Origin: Candidatus Woesearchaeota archaeon
Lineage (GTDB): Archaea > Nanobdellota > Nanobdellia > Pacearchaeales > GW2011-AR1
Length of the DNA stretch: 64,000 nucleotides
Direction of reading: 5' to 3'
Assembly (NCBI GenBank): GCA_964366325.1
Contig: CAYITD010000001.1
Location: forward strand, 119,634-183,633
A program made the translations under genes and the position numbers. Position 1 is the first letter of the stretch, and each line of letters starts with the position of its first letter. This document shows, one piece after another, positions 36,096 through 46,216 of the stretch. The notes beneath the pieces are model-generated. The model was not told where the DNA came from, did not search any database, and saw only the letters and a list, made by a program, of their open reading frames with translations.

Positions 36096-38069
36096 ATGAC
36101 AAACAAAACTAACGTGTTAAAATTCTCAACATTTTTGTTACTAGCAACAGTTCTACTTGGAGCTTTCGCAAGCGCTACAGTTGACTTTGTTGGGGTCAGT
36201 GGATCCTCTCAGACTGTTAGACAAGGTTCTCAGGCTGTAATTTCATTCAAAGTTGAAGGCACAGATTTCTCTGGTCAGTTCGATAACGCACATTTAATAC
36301 TTCCTTCTAATGTTTTCTCAAGCACAGTTTGGTCTGGAGACACAGGTTCATTTACCTTGCTTCCAAACTCCAATGTTTCAAGAACAGTAGTTCTTTCCGT
36401 TCCTTCAACACAAACTCCTGGAAGTTACAATGCTCAAATAAGTTTCGCAGGTGATTACAACTTATCAGGAACTCCAGTTATTCACCCATTAAACATAGTT
36501 CTTACAGTAGAAGCAGCACAGACTATACAATTAAGGGAAAAGACTGCTATGACAAAATCAACAAATGGAGTTATTGAAGTAGAAAACACAGGTTCTTTCA
36601 CATTAACCAACATACAACTCTCAAAACTTTCAGGAGAATTCGATGTGTCTTTCTCTGAAAACGGATTCTCACTTGTTCCAGGTCAGAAAAGAGAAATAAC
36701 AGTTTCACCTAGTAATTTAGGAGAACCAGGATTAAGCGGAAGATCAACTACCATAAGAGCCTCCTCAAATGGGAACTCTGCATCTTTAACTCTTAATGTC
36801 CTAGGGTCCTTCTGTAGTAATGGAGCAGTTGGCGGAAATCTAACAATAAGAAGTGTTGATATCTCAAATAAAGGAGAAGGTTCAGAAGATGAGTGGAAGC
36901 TTCTTGATGAAGTAGAGATAGAAGTAGACGTAAAAAATAATGGCAATGATAATGTTGATAATGTTCTAGTAGAAATAGGTTTGTTTGATTCAACAGGAAG
37001 TAACCAGATTGGAGACTTAGATTTCGATAACGCAGATGAAGAACAAATGGATCTAGGCGATTTGAACGACGGAGACACAGATAGCGTAATATTCACATTT
37101 AGAATACCTGCAGATATGGAAGACGGTTCTTACAAGTTAGCAGTAAAAGCTTACAGCGATGACGCTGGAGAATCAGAAGAGTGTATGGATACAGCAAATG
37201 ATTTGAACAAGAGATCATATCAAGATATTGATCTTCAAAGGGAAGATGATGAAAGCAAGTTTATCGCTTTTGAAAATGTAGAAGTTTCACCTCTAGAAGT
37301 AACCTGTGGCGAGTCAGCTACATTAACAGCTGATGTATTTAACATAGGCGATCAAGACGAAGATCAAGTTAGAGTTAACTTTATGATTCCAGACTTACAG
37401 ATAAAAGATTCATACGAAATAAAGAGTAACTTAGACAAGGGAGACAACGATAAAGTTGACTTCAGTTTCATAATTCCTCAGAATGCACAAGATAAAACTT
37501 ACCAGATAAGATTATCAGCAGATTATGATTACAGAAATGGAAACTACAGAGAATCATTGGATGAATTCGCTACCTTCCCATTGAAAGTTCTTGGATGTAA
37601 TGTTCAAGGCTCAGGTTCAGGTGGAAGTGGGAACACGGGAAGAATAGCTTCAATAACAGCAAACTTAGTGTCTGATAAAATAGAGCCTGGAAAAGAAGCA
37701 GTAGTAAGAGCAACAATAACAAATCTAAAATCAACACGTTCAAGTTTTGTAATTGGAGCAAGTGACTACGACTCATGGTCTTCTCTAAGTGGCGTTTCCC
37801 AGAGAATTTTAGATTTAGATGCAGGTCAAAGTAAAGACGTTACATTCACATTAAAGATAAACGATGATTCTCAAGGAGAACAGTCTTTCATCATAGAGGC
37901 TCTTGCAGACGGACAGACAGAAACAAGAGAAGTAGCTCTAGATATCTCTTCTGCTTCAGGAACTTCATTTAGCTTCGGAAACAATGGATTTATCTGGGTA
38001 ATCGGAGCAGTAAACTTGCTTTTGATAATCTTGATTATATTCGTCGCAGTAAGAATTTCACGAAGATAA
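36096..38069 (+). CDS. Secreted Ig-like/CARDB multi-domain cell-surface protein with C-terminal TM anchor
   Basis: N-terminal signal peptide; repeated V.N.G beta-sandwich motifs; C-terminal TM followed by RISRR. Confidence 0.8.
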   Translation: MTNKTNVLKFSTFLLLATVLLGAFASATVDFVGVSGSSQTVRQGSQAVISFKVEGTDFSGQFDNAHLILPSNVFSSTVWSGDTGSFTLLPNSNVSRTVVLSVPSTQTPGSYNAQISFAGDYNLSGTPVIHPLNIVLTVEAAQTIQLREKTAMTKSTNGVIEVENTGSFTLTNIQLSKLSGEFDVSFSENGFSLVPGQKREITVSPSNLGEPGLSGRSTTIRASSNGNSASLTLNVLGSFCSNGAVGGNLTIRSVDISNKGEGSEDEWKLLDEVEIEVDVKNNGNDNVDNVLVEIGLFDSTGSNQIGDLDFDNADEEQMDLGDLNDGDTDSVIFTFRIPADMEDGSYKLAVKAYSDDAGESEECMDTANDLNKRSYQDIDLQREDDESKFIAFENVEVSPLEVTCGESATLTADVFNIGDQDEDQVRVNFMIPDLQIKDSYEIKSNLDKGDNDKVDFSFIIPQNAQDKTYQIRLSADYDYRNGNYRESLDEFATFPLKVLGCNVQGSGSGGSGNTGRIASITANLVSDKIEPGKEAVVRATITNLKSTRSSFVIGASDYDSWSSLSGVSQRILDLDAGQSKDVTFTLKINDDSQGEQSFIIEALADGQTETREVALDISSASGTSFSFGNNGFIWVIGAVNLLLIILIIFVAVRISRR

Positions 38070-38077
38070 TTCTAAAA

Positions 38078-38467
38078 ATGACTTCAACTAAAGATTCACA
38101 AGTTTTTCCATTAGAAAGAATACTTACAATTTCTGCTAGTGATTATCTTTCTCTTAAACCAAGTTATAACAAAGGAGAATCAGATATTTTTTATCAACCA
38201 GTAGGCGTTAATGTTCAGGGCTGTTCAGAAGCAGGTGAGGGGCATACAACAATAAGCATCAGAGGAGATTCTAGAAATTACTCAACCTTACATGAAGCTT
38301 TTGCTTCTAGAGTTCCAAGAGAGGCAGAAGTGGTTGTCGGTTATGTTAACCGTATAACTTTCCTGGAATATGGATATGGAGATCATTTAATCTTCACAGC
38401 ACAAGGAACAGCGCTTATCCCAGTAAAAAGAAAAGGCGTCGGTGAGTGTGTCAGTTTAATACCTTAA
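38078..38467 (+). CDS. Hypothetical protein
   Basis: ORF only. Confidence 0.5.
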   Translation: MTSTKDSQVFPLERILTISASDYLSLKPSYNKGESDIFYQPVGVNVQGCSEAGEGHTTISIRGDSRNYSTLHEAFASRVPREAEVVVGYVNRITFLEYGYGDHLIFTAQGTALIPVKRKGVGECVSLIP

Positions 38468-38629
38468 CTTTTTGATTTTTAGCTAATCACCTATTTTAAT
38501 TGTAATCAAATTAATGAGATTTCATTATTAACTCTAGTTTTATTACATAATATCAAGATTAATAAAATTCTATTGTTTTGCTCCAGACAAAAGCACCACA
38601 CTTTTAAACTCCTCAAACCTTTAAGATGA

Positions 38630-39157
38630 ATGAAAAACAGAGGTGTATTGGATTTATCCTTAAGATACATAATTCTTCTTATTTTAGGAATATTTAGCAC
38701 AATCCTCTTTTATTTTATTTTCACACCTCTGACAGTTTATCCCGTATTTTGGATTCTACATTTAATAGAGGGATCCACTAAACTTCTGCCGGGAAACTTA
38801 ATCTTTGTCAAAGGATTTTATGCTGAGATTATCTCAGCCTGTGTTGCAGGAGCAGCCTACTATCTTCTTTTGATTTTGAATCTTTCAACGCCTATGAGGT
38901 CCAAAAAGAGAATTTTCAGTTTGTTATTTTTAATCTTTTCTTTCCTTTTGCTTAATATCTCCAGAATTCTCCTATTTATCTACCTTCTAGTCTCTGGTTA
39001 CCAATATTTTGAGCTAACTCATAAGTTAACATGGTATTTTGGAAGCACTATTTTAGTTGTCTTACTCTGGTTTCTAAACGTTTTCTTATTTAACATAAAA
39101 AACATACCCATTTACACAGATATGAAAAATCTTTTTTCAGATGTTAAGAAAGTTTGA
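38630..39157 (+). CDS. Archaeosortase/exosortase-family protein (pacearchaeosortase-like)
   Basis: Multi-TM protein with Cys (SACVAG), Arg (LNISR) and His (LTHK) triad in family order. Confidence 0.75.
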   Translation: MKNRGVLDLSLRYIILLILGIFSTILFYFIFTPLTVYPVFWILHLIEGSTKLLPGNLIFVKGFYAEIISACVAGAAYYLLLILNLSTPMRSKKRIFSLLFLIFSFLLLNISRILLFIYLLVSGYQYFELTHKLTWYFGSTILVVLLWFLNVFLFNIKNIPIYTDMKNLFSDVKKV

Positions 39158-39348
39158 GTAAATCCAGATAATTAATCTATTGTATATCCTCTATTTTATA
39201 ATATTAGAATTGCAAATATCAAAATAATAATTGCTCTTTTGGTTTAGTCTATATGTATTAATCAATGTATAAAGTGTGATAAGCTATTTTCCAGCCAACA
39301 AAGAATATTAAATTATTGAACTTAATGAGAATCTAAACAAATTTAATT

Positions 39349-40029
39349 TTAAACAAGCTCAGCGTTTTTAGCATCAACTATAGACTGCAATTCAAATTTT
39401 TCAATAGCATCTAATATTTCACAATTAGAGACATCGATTATATGGCAGTTTGGGGTAGGCTTTGTTATTTTAGTCTCCTTTCCAGATTGTATTAAGATAA
39501 CTAAGTTTGTAGGATGGGTGTTACAATTAGCATGCCTTATTCCAGTTGAATTGGCCTCTTTTTCATCGGGGAAAGCGCTCTTGACTTCTATATTGTTACT
39601 TGATAGAAATTGAGCAAGGCTAGACACAGAAGGAGCGCTAAAATCACAACTAGTTAAGTTTGTAGAATTAATACTTACATAAACAAATTTATCCTTAGGG
39701 TATATTATTTCACCGTCGATAGAAACGTTATTTTTTCTAGGATCTATTCTTAAATTAAGGTTAACACTTCTGTTTCTGCCAACATCATCTGTAAAATAAT
39801 AGCTATATCTAAACAAAGGTATTTTTCCAAAATACTCCTTTGAGAATTCGAGTCCTTCAAATTCAAACTTTTTCAAACTCTGAGAATAATAGTAAACTCC
39901 AATTACAATCACAATTATTCCGATCATTCCTAAAATTATCCAATATAACTCTTTCTCTTTGTGCTTACTAGGTTTTTCTTCTTGGATTTCATGTTCATTT
40001 TTCCTTTCGTTCTTTTTTTCTTTAGCCAT
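39349..40029 (-). CDS. Membrane-anchored hypothetical protein
   Basis: Single N-terminal TM; Cys-containing soluble domain. Confidence 0.65.
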   Translation of the reverse strand: MAKEKKNERKNEHEIQEEKPSKHKEKELYWIILGMIGIIVIVIGVYYYSQSLKKFEFEGLEFSKEYFGKIPLFRYSYYFTDDVGRNRSVNLNLRIDPRKNNVSIDGEIIYPKDKFVYVSINSTNLTSCDFSAPSVSSLAQFLSSNNIEVKSAFPDEKEANSTGIRHANCNTHPTNLVILIQSGKETKITKPTPNCHIIDVSNCEILDAIEKFELQSIVDAKNAELV

Positions 40030-40076
40030 TTTATAAATCTCTATTTTTGTATTTTTAAATATTACGAAAGATAACT

Positions 40077-40622
40077 CTAATTGTCAAATTGGAATATCTT
40101 AAAGAGAAAAGCATCAACAGTCTTTAAATCTCCCTCAATTATGACGCAATTATCTTTTTCACTTATTCTATTTTCTACACTATCTTTCCAAACTATGATA
40201 TTCTCATCACAGCTCTTTTCAGGTAAGTCTCTAGAGCATGGGCCACTACATGCTTCTTGAACTCTTGAGCTAAACAAACCAAGAGTGGAAGCAATCTCCG
40301 AAGTAACTGCCCCATTCTCAGAATCTATATACAATATTTTCCCTTGATAATCTACAATATTTCTGCTTATATCAACAGATATATTTTCAGCATCGATTGG
40401 AGAATTGCTAAAGTATATATTTCGGCCTTGAAATTCTGTAGCCCAGCCATCTCCATAATTGTCCACACCATTATCGCCGCTTTCGTTAGTATCTGTTCCA
40501 GATTCAAAAAAAGCATAACCTATAGTACCTCCCACTAATATAAACAACATAACCGCACTTAGGATTATATTTTTCCTTTTTTGTTTTCTTGCTTTGTCTC
40601 CTTCACTCATTATCTTTCTCAT
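40077..40622 (-). CDS. Membrane-anchored hypothetical protein
   Basis: Single N-terminal TM; AC...C...LPEKSC...NC pattern. Confidence 0.65.
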   Translation of the reverse strand: MRKIMSEGDKARKQKRKNIILSAVMLFILVGGTIGYAFFESGTDTNESGDNGVDNYGDGWATEFQGRNIYFSNSPIDAENISVDISRNIVDYQGKILYIDSENGAVTSEIASTLGLFSSRVQEACSGPCSRDLPEKSCDENIIVWKDSVENRISEKDNCVIIEGDLKTVDAFLFKIFQFDN

Positions 40623-40947
40623 CTTTTAAGAAGAAAAACGTCTTTTAAAAATATTTGCACAAAATATAAAATATTTAAAACACGAAGTTTAGGACACACT
40701 TGTTAGTTCAAATTACTTAATTTATGCTTAATCTATTGTCTAAAATAACAATACGATCAACTATTTTAATTAATTGGCAACGCAACGTTTATTAGTATAT
40801 ATCAATATTTAGGCTATTCTTTAGCGTAATACTCTTTTGTCTAACTCACAAATATCTCAATCAAGATAAAATAATTGCTCAATAACAATTAAGGTAAATT
40901 AAAAATAATAAAGAAAAAATAAAAAAATAAGATTTTATAGCCTCTCT

Positions 40948-43329
40948 TTAAGCAGTTACAAGCGTAGCACTTGTTGCAGATGTGCCTTTATACTTCTTAC
41001 CAACCGTTGTATCAACATTGGTTTGTGTAGTCAAGTATTTAGCAGCATTTGTTGTATCACCAGCATTATATCCAGCGACTAACGTAGCAACTTTGCCTCC
41101 TGTTCTTGAGAAAGTCTGAATAAGGAATTCGTTAGCTCCGACGCCTGTAGCAGCAGTGAAATCAGCACCACAAGTTGGGAAGGTTTTTCCCAAAAGTTCT
41201 GCTGAAATCTTGTTGACACAAGTTCCGCCGATTACTACTAAATTCTTTCCAGCAACTGAATCTATTTCAGAGTCTTTTACTGAAACGATGTTCACAGCTC
41301 CTCCAGAATCTCCTCCAGACACAGCAACCGAAGTGCTGACGTCTGTTACATAAACACTACCATAGGATTCTTTTCCATGATAAATAATCTGTAAAGAGTA
41401 CTGGTCTCCGCTCTGATCCCAAAGCATTTCTGATGCTAATGGGGAGTACATAAAGCTTCTGAAAACATCTGTCGATCCAATTTCTTCAAATGTAACGCTT
41501 TCGCCAACAACATCACTCACATGAGTTTCTCTTGTTGATGCAGCGTTCCATCCAAGGGTAGCGTTAAAAGCTCCTGTTACCGTCGTAGGTGCAACATTCT
41601 CATTCTTGTCTTCTTCATTGAATTCAAGATGAAAGCTTGTTCCATTATGACCAGCGACCGTAGCTGCAGTAAAGTTTATAGCTCCAGCCAGATAAGTTAC
41701 ATTATCAGTCGCCCAAGGCAAGTTTAACTTCAATCCCTCTTTAGAGTACAAAGTGTTAAACTTGACGTTAGTTCCTGATGTGAAGTTTACTGTTTTATCA
41801 GTCTTCTGAACATAATCCACAGTAATAACAGCATTTCCAAACGTTACCTGATCATTATGTATAGCATTCTCCTTCTTAGTTACCCAGCTTCCATCTTTCT
41901 TATACTGAATAGTTGTTTTGTTTACACTACTCTCAGTAATAAAGCTTGTAGCCTTAACAAGATAAGACTCTGCATTTGTTCCATCATTATATGACACAAC
42001 AAAATACTGATCAGTATCTCCATCAAATGTGATGGCAGTTTGGTTTGTAGTTCTTAACAAGTTTGTGCTATCTTTACCAATTCCTGTATACGCACCACTG
42101 CTACCATACAAAAGATCTATAGTTTCAGTACTATCTTTCAATGGGAAGTCTTTCAACTGCAAATAGTCTCTAGAACCAGCTTCAATACTAAATTTCTCTT
42201 CCATAGGGAATGTCATTCCACCGAAAGATACCTTAAGATTTTTCAATCCAGGCATAGTAATTGAGCTGTCATCAGTGATGAACATATCATCATCTGCTGT
42301 CCATTGCAACAATATTCTTGTAATCGAATCTCCACTAGATCCTCCGGAGTTTGTTAAGTGACCTGTCAGACCGTTTATAGTGTCTTCATTTATCTTAACA
42401 TCTGCGCCAGAAGTTATCTGCAACTTTCCAGAACCAATACTGAACTCAACTTGTTTAATACCGCCTTGATAATCTTGTGTGTTTACTTCTTTTATTCCGA
42501 TATAAACACCATCAGATAATTTATAGGTTTGACCTGTAGCTAAACTGTTAGTGGTTTGACCATTTACATTTAGCTTAACGCTGTTACTTGCAATAAATTC
42601 CAAGGCAACATCGTAGGTTTTATCTCCTACAGTTAAGGTTTTTGTTTCACCCTCATTCAAGATAGTTGTACTAGCTGAGTCAAGTAAATTCAAAGTTGTG
42701 TTAGTTGTCGTACTTAAGATATAATAGTTGACGCCCATTATGTTGATATCGCTTGTAGATAGATCAGCCCAAGTAGGTACATCTGTAAAGTCTAAAGTGT
42801 AATTAAGGATTTGTCCTGCATTAGCAACTTTAATACCTACAGTTGGTGTGTCTGCTTTATAATCACTATCATCGAACATTGTTAAAGACAAGTTTGCCAT
42901 CACTATTTTTTGAGTGTAGTCAAATTCATCATTATCATTGTCTAGAAAAACTCCATCAGCCAAAAGAACTTCTAAGTCATCATCGTTTAATGTACCCGAG
43001 ACAACATCTAAGACTCCCTTTCCTAACTGGAATTTCGTTGATGATCTTTCAAGCTTAACAAAATCTCCACCTGTTGGAGTACCTCCACCAGTGCTTCCTC
43101 CACTAGATCCTCCTCCTGCTTGAAGCAAACGAGCATTTAAGTCGTTTGTTATATCCAAAGCAGCAGCAAGATCAGTGTTCTGCCCAGCCATTCCCCAAAC
43201 AACTGCAACATCTGCATTGCTCCCACTTATAAAAGGGGAAGGGTAATTTGCGGCTGCGGCAAAAGCTACAGTAGATCCGAACATAGCTGCGCCAGCCAAT
43301 ATGCTTGCAACTTTTTTAAATTTTAACAT
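40948..43329 (-). CDS. S-layer protein
   Basis: KKVASI signal peptide, YPSPF...VVWG N-domain, NLVVIGGTCVN...LVAGY...T.AA C-domain; many NxT/S sequons; GGAGG RBS. Confidence 0.85.
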   Translation of the reverse strand: MLKFKKVASILAGAAMFGSTVAFAAAANYPSPFISGSNADVAVVWGMAGQNTDLAAALDITNDLNARLLQAGGGSSGGSTGGGTPTGGDFVKLERSSTKFQLGKGVLDVVSGTLNDDDLEVLLADGVFLDNDNDEFDYTQKIVMANLSLTMFDDSDYKADTPTVGIKVANAGQILNYTLDFTDVPTWADLSTSDINIMGVNYYILSTTTNTTLNLLDSASTTILNEGETKTLTVGDKTYDVALEFIASNSVKLNVNGQTTNSLATGQTYKLSDGVYIGIKEVNTQDYQGGIKQVEFSIGSGKLQITSGADVKINEDTINGLTGHLTNSGGSSGDSITRILLQWTADDDMFITDDSSITMPGLKNLKVSFGGMTFPMEEKFSIEAGSRDYLQLKDFPLKDSTETIDLLYGSSGAYTGIGKDSTNLLRTTNQTAITFDGDTDQYFVVSYNDGTNAESYLVKATSFITESSVNKTTIQYKKDGSWVTKKENAIHNDQVTFGNAVITVDYVQKTDKTVNFTSGTNVKFNTLYSKEGLKLNLPWATDNVTYLAGAINFTAATVAGHNGTSFHLEFNEEDKNENVAPTTVTGAFNATLGWNAASTRETHVSDVVGESVTFEEIGSTDVFRSFMYSPLASEMLWDQSGDQYSLQIIYHGKESYGSVYVTDVSTSVAVSGGDSGGAVNIVSVKDSEIDSVAGKNLVVIGGTCVNKISAELLGKTFPTCGADFTAATGVGANEFLIQTFSRTGGKVATLVAGYNAGDTTNAAKYLTTQTNVDTTVGKKYKGTSATSATLVTA

Positions 43330-43350
43330 TTTTTATAACCTCCTTTCAGT

Positions 43351-43423
43351 CTTATACATTGGCAGTCCCACAGGACACCCTCATTGAGGAGACGTAAAGT
43401 CCGCCAATACATAGCCCAATAAG
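43351..43423 (-). promoter_or_regulatory. Structured 5' leader of the S-layer mRNA
   Basis: Minus-strand stems AUGUAUUGGC/GCCAAUGUAU (2 G-U pairs, valid only on the minus strand), GGAC/GUCC and CCUC/GAGG. Confidence 0.6.
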
Positions 43424-43447
43424 GTTAAAACATTAAGATAAAAACGC

Positions 43448-43524
43448 TTTAAAAAGCTTTCGTTATTTGAAGCTATATAAGCAAGTTTTATGTTAAAATT
43501 TAAAATTTATTTATAAACCTTTCG
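43448..43524 (-). promoter_or_regulatory. Tandem BRE-TATA promoters of the S-layer gene
   Basis: Minus strand CGAAAGG-TTTATAAA (43524-43510) and CGAAAG-CTTTTTAAA (43462-43448). Confidence 0.65.
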
Positions 43525-43675
43525 CTATCACTCTTTTTTATGACACATTTTATTTTGATACAAGTTTCGCATTAATTCAAATATATGTTATTTTTACACT
43601 TATATTATAAATAGAAACATATATATACTTTATATATGTTAGATATATCTAAAGTAAATAAACACATATAAAGAA

Positions 43676-44032
43676 ATGGCCGAAAAATCAAGAACAAGAG
43701 AGATAACAATTACCGACGATAGAGGTACATTTAGTACATTTTTTAGACGTTTTTCAGGTGAGAAAGAATATGACTTTGAAGGTTTAGCTACTATAAGGAA
43801 AATTTTAACAAACGAAAAGGCTAGGTTATTACACACTATAAAGTCACAAAAGCCAAAGTCTATTTATCACCTTGCAAAGCTCTTAAAAAGAGACTTTAAA
43901 TCAGTAAGTGATGATGTGAAGCTGCTAGAAAAATTTGGATTTTTAGATCTCTTGGCAGAAAAGTCTGGGAACAGAGAAAGGTTAAGGCCTATATTGGTTG
44001 TTGACTCTATGTATATACATATCAAGTTTTAA
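43676..44032 (+). CDS. wHTH transcriptional regulator
   Basis: ILTNEKARLL...PKSIYHLAKLLKRDFKSV..DV..LEKFG. Confidence 0.8.
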   Translation: MAEKSRTREITITDDRGTFSTFFRRFSGEKEYDFEGLATIRKILTNEKARLLHTIKSQKPKSIYHLAKLLKRDFKSVSDDVKLLEKFGFLDLLAEKSGNRERLRPILVVDSMYIHIKF

Positions 44033-44060
44033 ATATTCAAAATCCAACTCCTTACAGTTA

Positions 44061-44663
44061 TTAACAAAGAACTAAGGAGTAAACTATCTTGTCTCCTTTC
44101 CCAACAGGTTTAACTCTATCATCGCCTCTAAGTTGTGTAGTGCAGTTACCATTTTCCAATTCTTTCAGATCAAGTTTATTCCTCTTTCCACTTTCAGACT
44201 CAAAGAAAGCTTCGAACCTATACCCTTTTGTTGCACTCTCAGGGCTAAAATTCCAGCTTTTTTCTATAAGCGCTTTTAAACTGCCCTCTAAAACTTCACA
44301 AGATTTTTTTCCTCCAACACATAAAGAGCCTTTATTACAGTGTTCAAAAAGGTCGCTTAAACTTAAATAAGTATAGCCATTTAACGTACATTCACTAGTA
44401 AAAGACTCCATAGCATCAAGAAAGTGGCTTGTCTCGGAACTCTTTTGTGTTTTCACTACATTGTTTTTACTTATATTTATTCCAAGAAAAACAAGGAAAA
44501 TTACCGCAACTATAATCACTATAACAACAAGTCCAACCATTTCTTCCTGCCCTCTTTTATTGCTCGAACTGAGTTCAATACTTCGCAAATTGTTGCGACC
44601 AGTCTCAGTTTGAGGCTTAAAAATACCCCTCAGCTTGCTGTGTTTGGGATTTTTATCAACCAT
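44061..44663 (-). CDS. Pilin-like protein with class III signal peptide and repeat-derived long leader (start 44663)
   Basis: MVDKNPKHSKLRG...NKRG|QEEMVGLVVIVIIVAVIFL. Confidence 0.75.
   Translation of the reverse strand: MVDKNPKHSKLRGIFKPQTETGRNNLRSIELSSSNKRGQEEMVGLVVIVIIVAVIFLVFLGINISKNNVVKTQKSSETSHFLDAMESFTSECTLNGYTYLSLSDLFEHCNKGSLCVGGKKSCEVLEGSLKALIEKSWNFSPESATKGYRFEAFFESESGKRNKLDLKELENGNCTTQLRGDDRVKPVGKGDKIVYSLVLC
44551..44656. repeat. Hairpin repeat element, two units, in-frame within the pilin leader
   Basis: 44551-44579 identical (29 nt) to 46146-46174; 44631-44656 matches 46181-46206 at 25/26. Confidence 0.85.
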
Positions 44664-45195
44664 TTTCAATATTTTTAGCAGAAATATGAATCCTCCCCAA
44701 TTCATATCTGAAATCCCCAGAAGCCCCTAAATTAGGGTCCCATCTAGCCAGCGTAACAAATGTAGTTTTAGTTACTATTTTTTTATCATTAGAATCAATG
44801 ATTGTGATTTTATTGCATTCTGGATAGTTTGTTTTTGTACATTCTCTTTCCGTTTCGTTCGGATATACTTTCTCAATCATTAAATAGTCAAAATTCCAGA
44901 AGTTTTTATATTGGCTTCTTTCTTTTAACATTAAGGTCTTATCTAAATCAATACAAGAAGAGCAATCTCCTCCAGATTTAAATGCAAACTCAGCAGTTCC
45001 AGAAAGTTTTTTTACACTTTCCACAGCCTCTTGATTTCTCAAGGCTTTAGTTTCAGAGTCTATCTGGCTTGAAGTTATACTAACATAAACCAAGCCAACC
45101 ATAGAAAACAAGATAAATACTGCGACTAGCATGAATGCCATTTGTTGTATTTTCAGTTGCCCTAATTTAGAATAATTTACATATGAGTTTTGCAT
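44656..45195 (-). CDS. Pilin-like protein with class III signal peptide
   Basis: KLG|QLKIQQMAFMLVAVFILF. Confidence 0.7.
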   Translation of the reverse strand: MQNSYVNYSKLGQLKIQQMAFMLVAVFILFSMVGLVYVSITSSQIDSETKALRNQEAVESVKKLSGTAEFAFKSGGDCSSCIDLDKTLMLKERSQYKNFWNFDYLMIEKVYPNETERECTKTNYPECNKITIIDSNDKKIVTKTTFVTLARWDPNLGASGDFRYELGRIHISAKNIENG

Positions 45196-46216
45196 TTTTT
45201 TCCTCCAATTGTATAACAAGAGAGTTGAAGTTATCATCTTTAATTCTTAAACTAGAATCATCATTAACCATACTTTTACTTTCTGCTCTATAACTTTCTA
45301 AATCGCCTATTAAGTTAGCAGAACCACATTTTTGCTGCTGAAGATAAACTGATTTATCTTCATATAAACTAGATAGTTCAGAAGCTCGCCCCATAAGTCT
45401 CTTTATCTGGCATTCATACACTTCAGGATCTGAAAAGATACCCGCGTACAATAAAGAGTATTTGTCAGAATCATCAAAATATGTAAAATATACAGTTTTT
45501 TTATCTTCATTAAATGAGATGCTCTTAGAGTTAAATGACACTTCAATATCACAATTTTCTCCTCTTGGTGGAAAGCAAACTTTCTTGCTTCCAGATGCAC
45601 ATTTTTCCGAAGTTCTGCTGAATGAAACCATGTCCAGCTTCAATGAGTCATTAAGCTCTTTTTTAATGTCTTCAGGTGCGTTAACAAAACAATATTCTTC
45701 TTTATCGCTCCACATTATCATAATATCTCCGATTTTAAAAGGAAATTTGAAAGGCTTAGATAGAACATAAAATTCTTTTTTAGACTTAATGCTTTTTCTA
45801 GAGAACAGATATTTGTTTTTAAAACTACTTTCTACCCCAGCAGATTCTTTTTCTTCTTCATTTATGCTAGACTTTAAAGCAACACTTATCTTTTGTTTCC
45901 CAAAAATACCTGAGTTTTCACATCCATTAAAAATAGTTGTTTCTTCAGGAACAATTATTCTTGTATATTTAGCACCTTCTAAGTTAGTTTCTATAGGATT
46001 TAGCAAAATGCCTATTTCTTTGCCTCGTTTAGCCTGTTCAACAAAATCATTAGTTGAAACAAGACGATTTGCAGCATAAACAGCAAGAAATATTATCATA
46101 GCACCAGCTATGAAAGCAAAAATCCATGAAAAACTAAATTCAAAACCTCTTTTATTGCTCGAACTGAGTTCAATGCTCCGCAGCTTGCTGCGTTTGGGAT
46201 TTTTATTGATCCTCAT
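45167..46216 (-). CDS. Pilin-like protein with repeat-derived leader
   Basis: NKNPKRSKLRSIELSSSNKRG|FEFSFSWIFAFIAG. Confidence 0.75.
   Translation of the reverse strand: MRINKNPKRSKLRSIELSSSNKRGFEFSFSWIFAFIAGAMIIFLAVYAANRLVSTNDFVEQAKRGKEIGILLNPIETNLEGAKYTRIIVPEETTIFNGCENSGIFGKQKISVALKSSINEEEKESAGVESSFKNKYLFSRKSIKSKKEFYVLSKPFKFPFKIGDIMIMWSDKEEYCFVNAPEDIKKELNDSLKLDMVSFSRTSEKCASGSKKVCFPPRGENCDIEVSFNSKSISFNEDKKTVYFTYFDDSDKYSLLYAGIFSDPEVYECQIKRLMGRASELSSLYEDKSVYLQQQKCGSANLIGDLESYRAESKSMVNDDSSLRIKDDNFNSLVIQLEEKNAKLICKLF
46146..46206. repeat. Hairpin repeat element, one unit, in-frame within the pilin leader
   Basis: Contains GAACT-G-AGTTC and CGCAGC-TT-GCTGCG palindromes; shared with 44551-44656. 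Confidence 0.85.

Noticed and set aside
39160..39345. Possible decayed membrane-protein gene on the minus strand
   Set aside because: Short hydrophobic fragments interrupted by stops in AT-rich DNA; cannot be told from chance.
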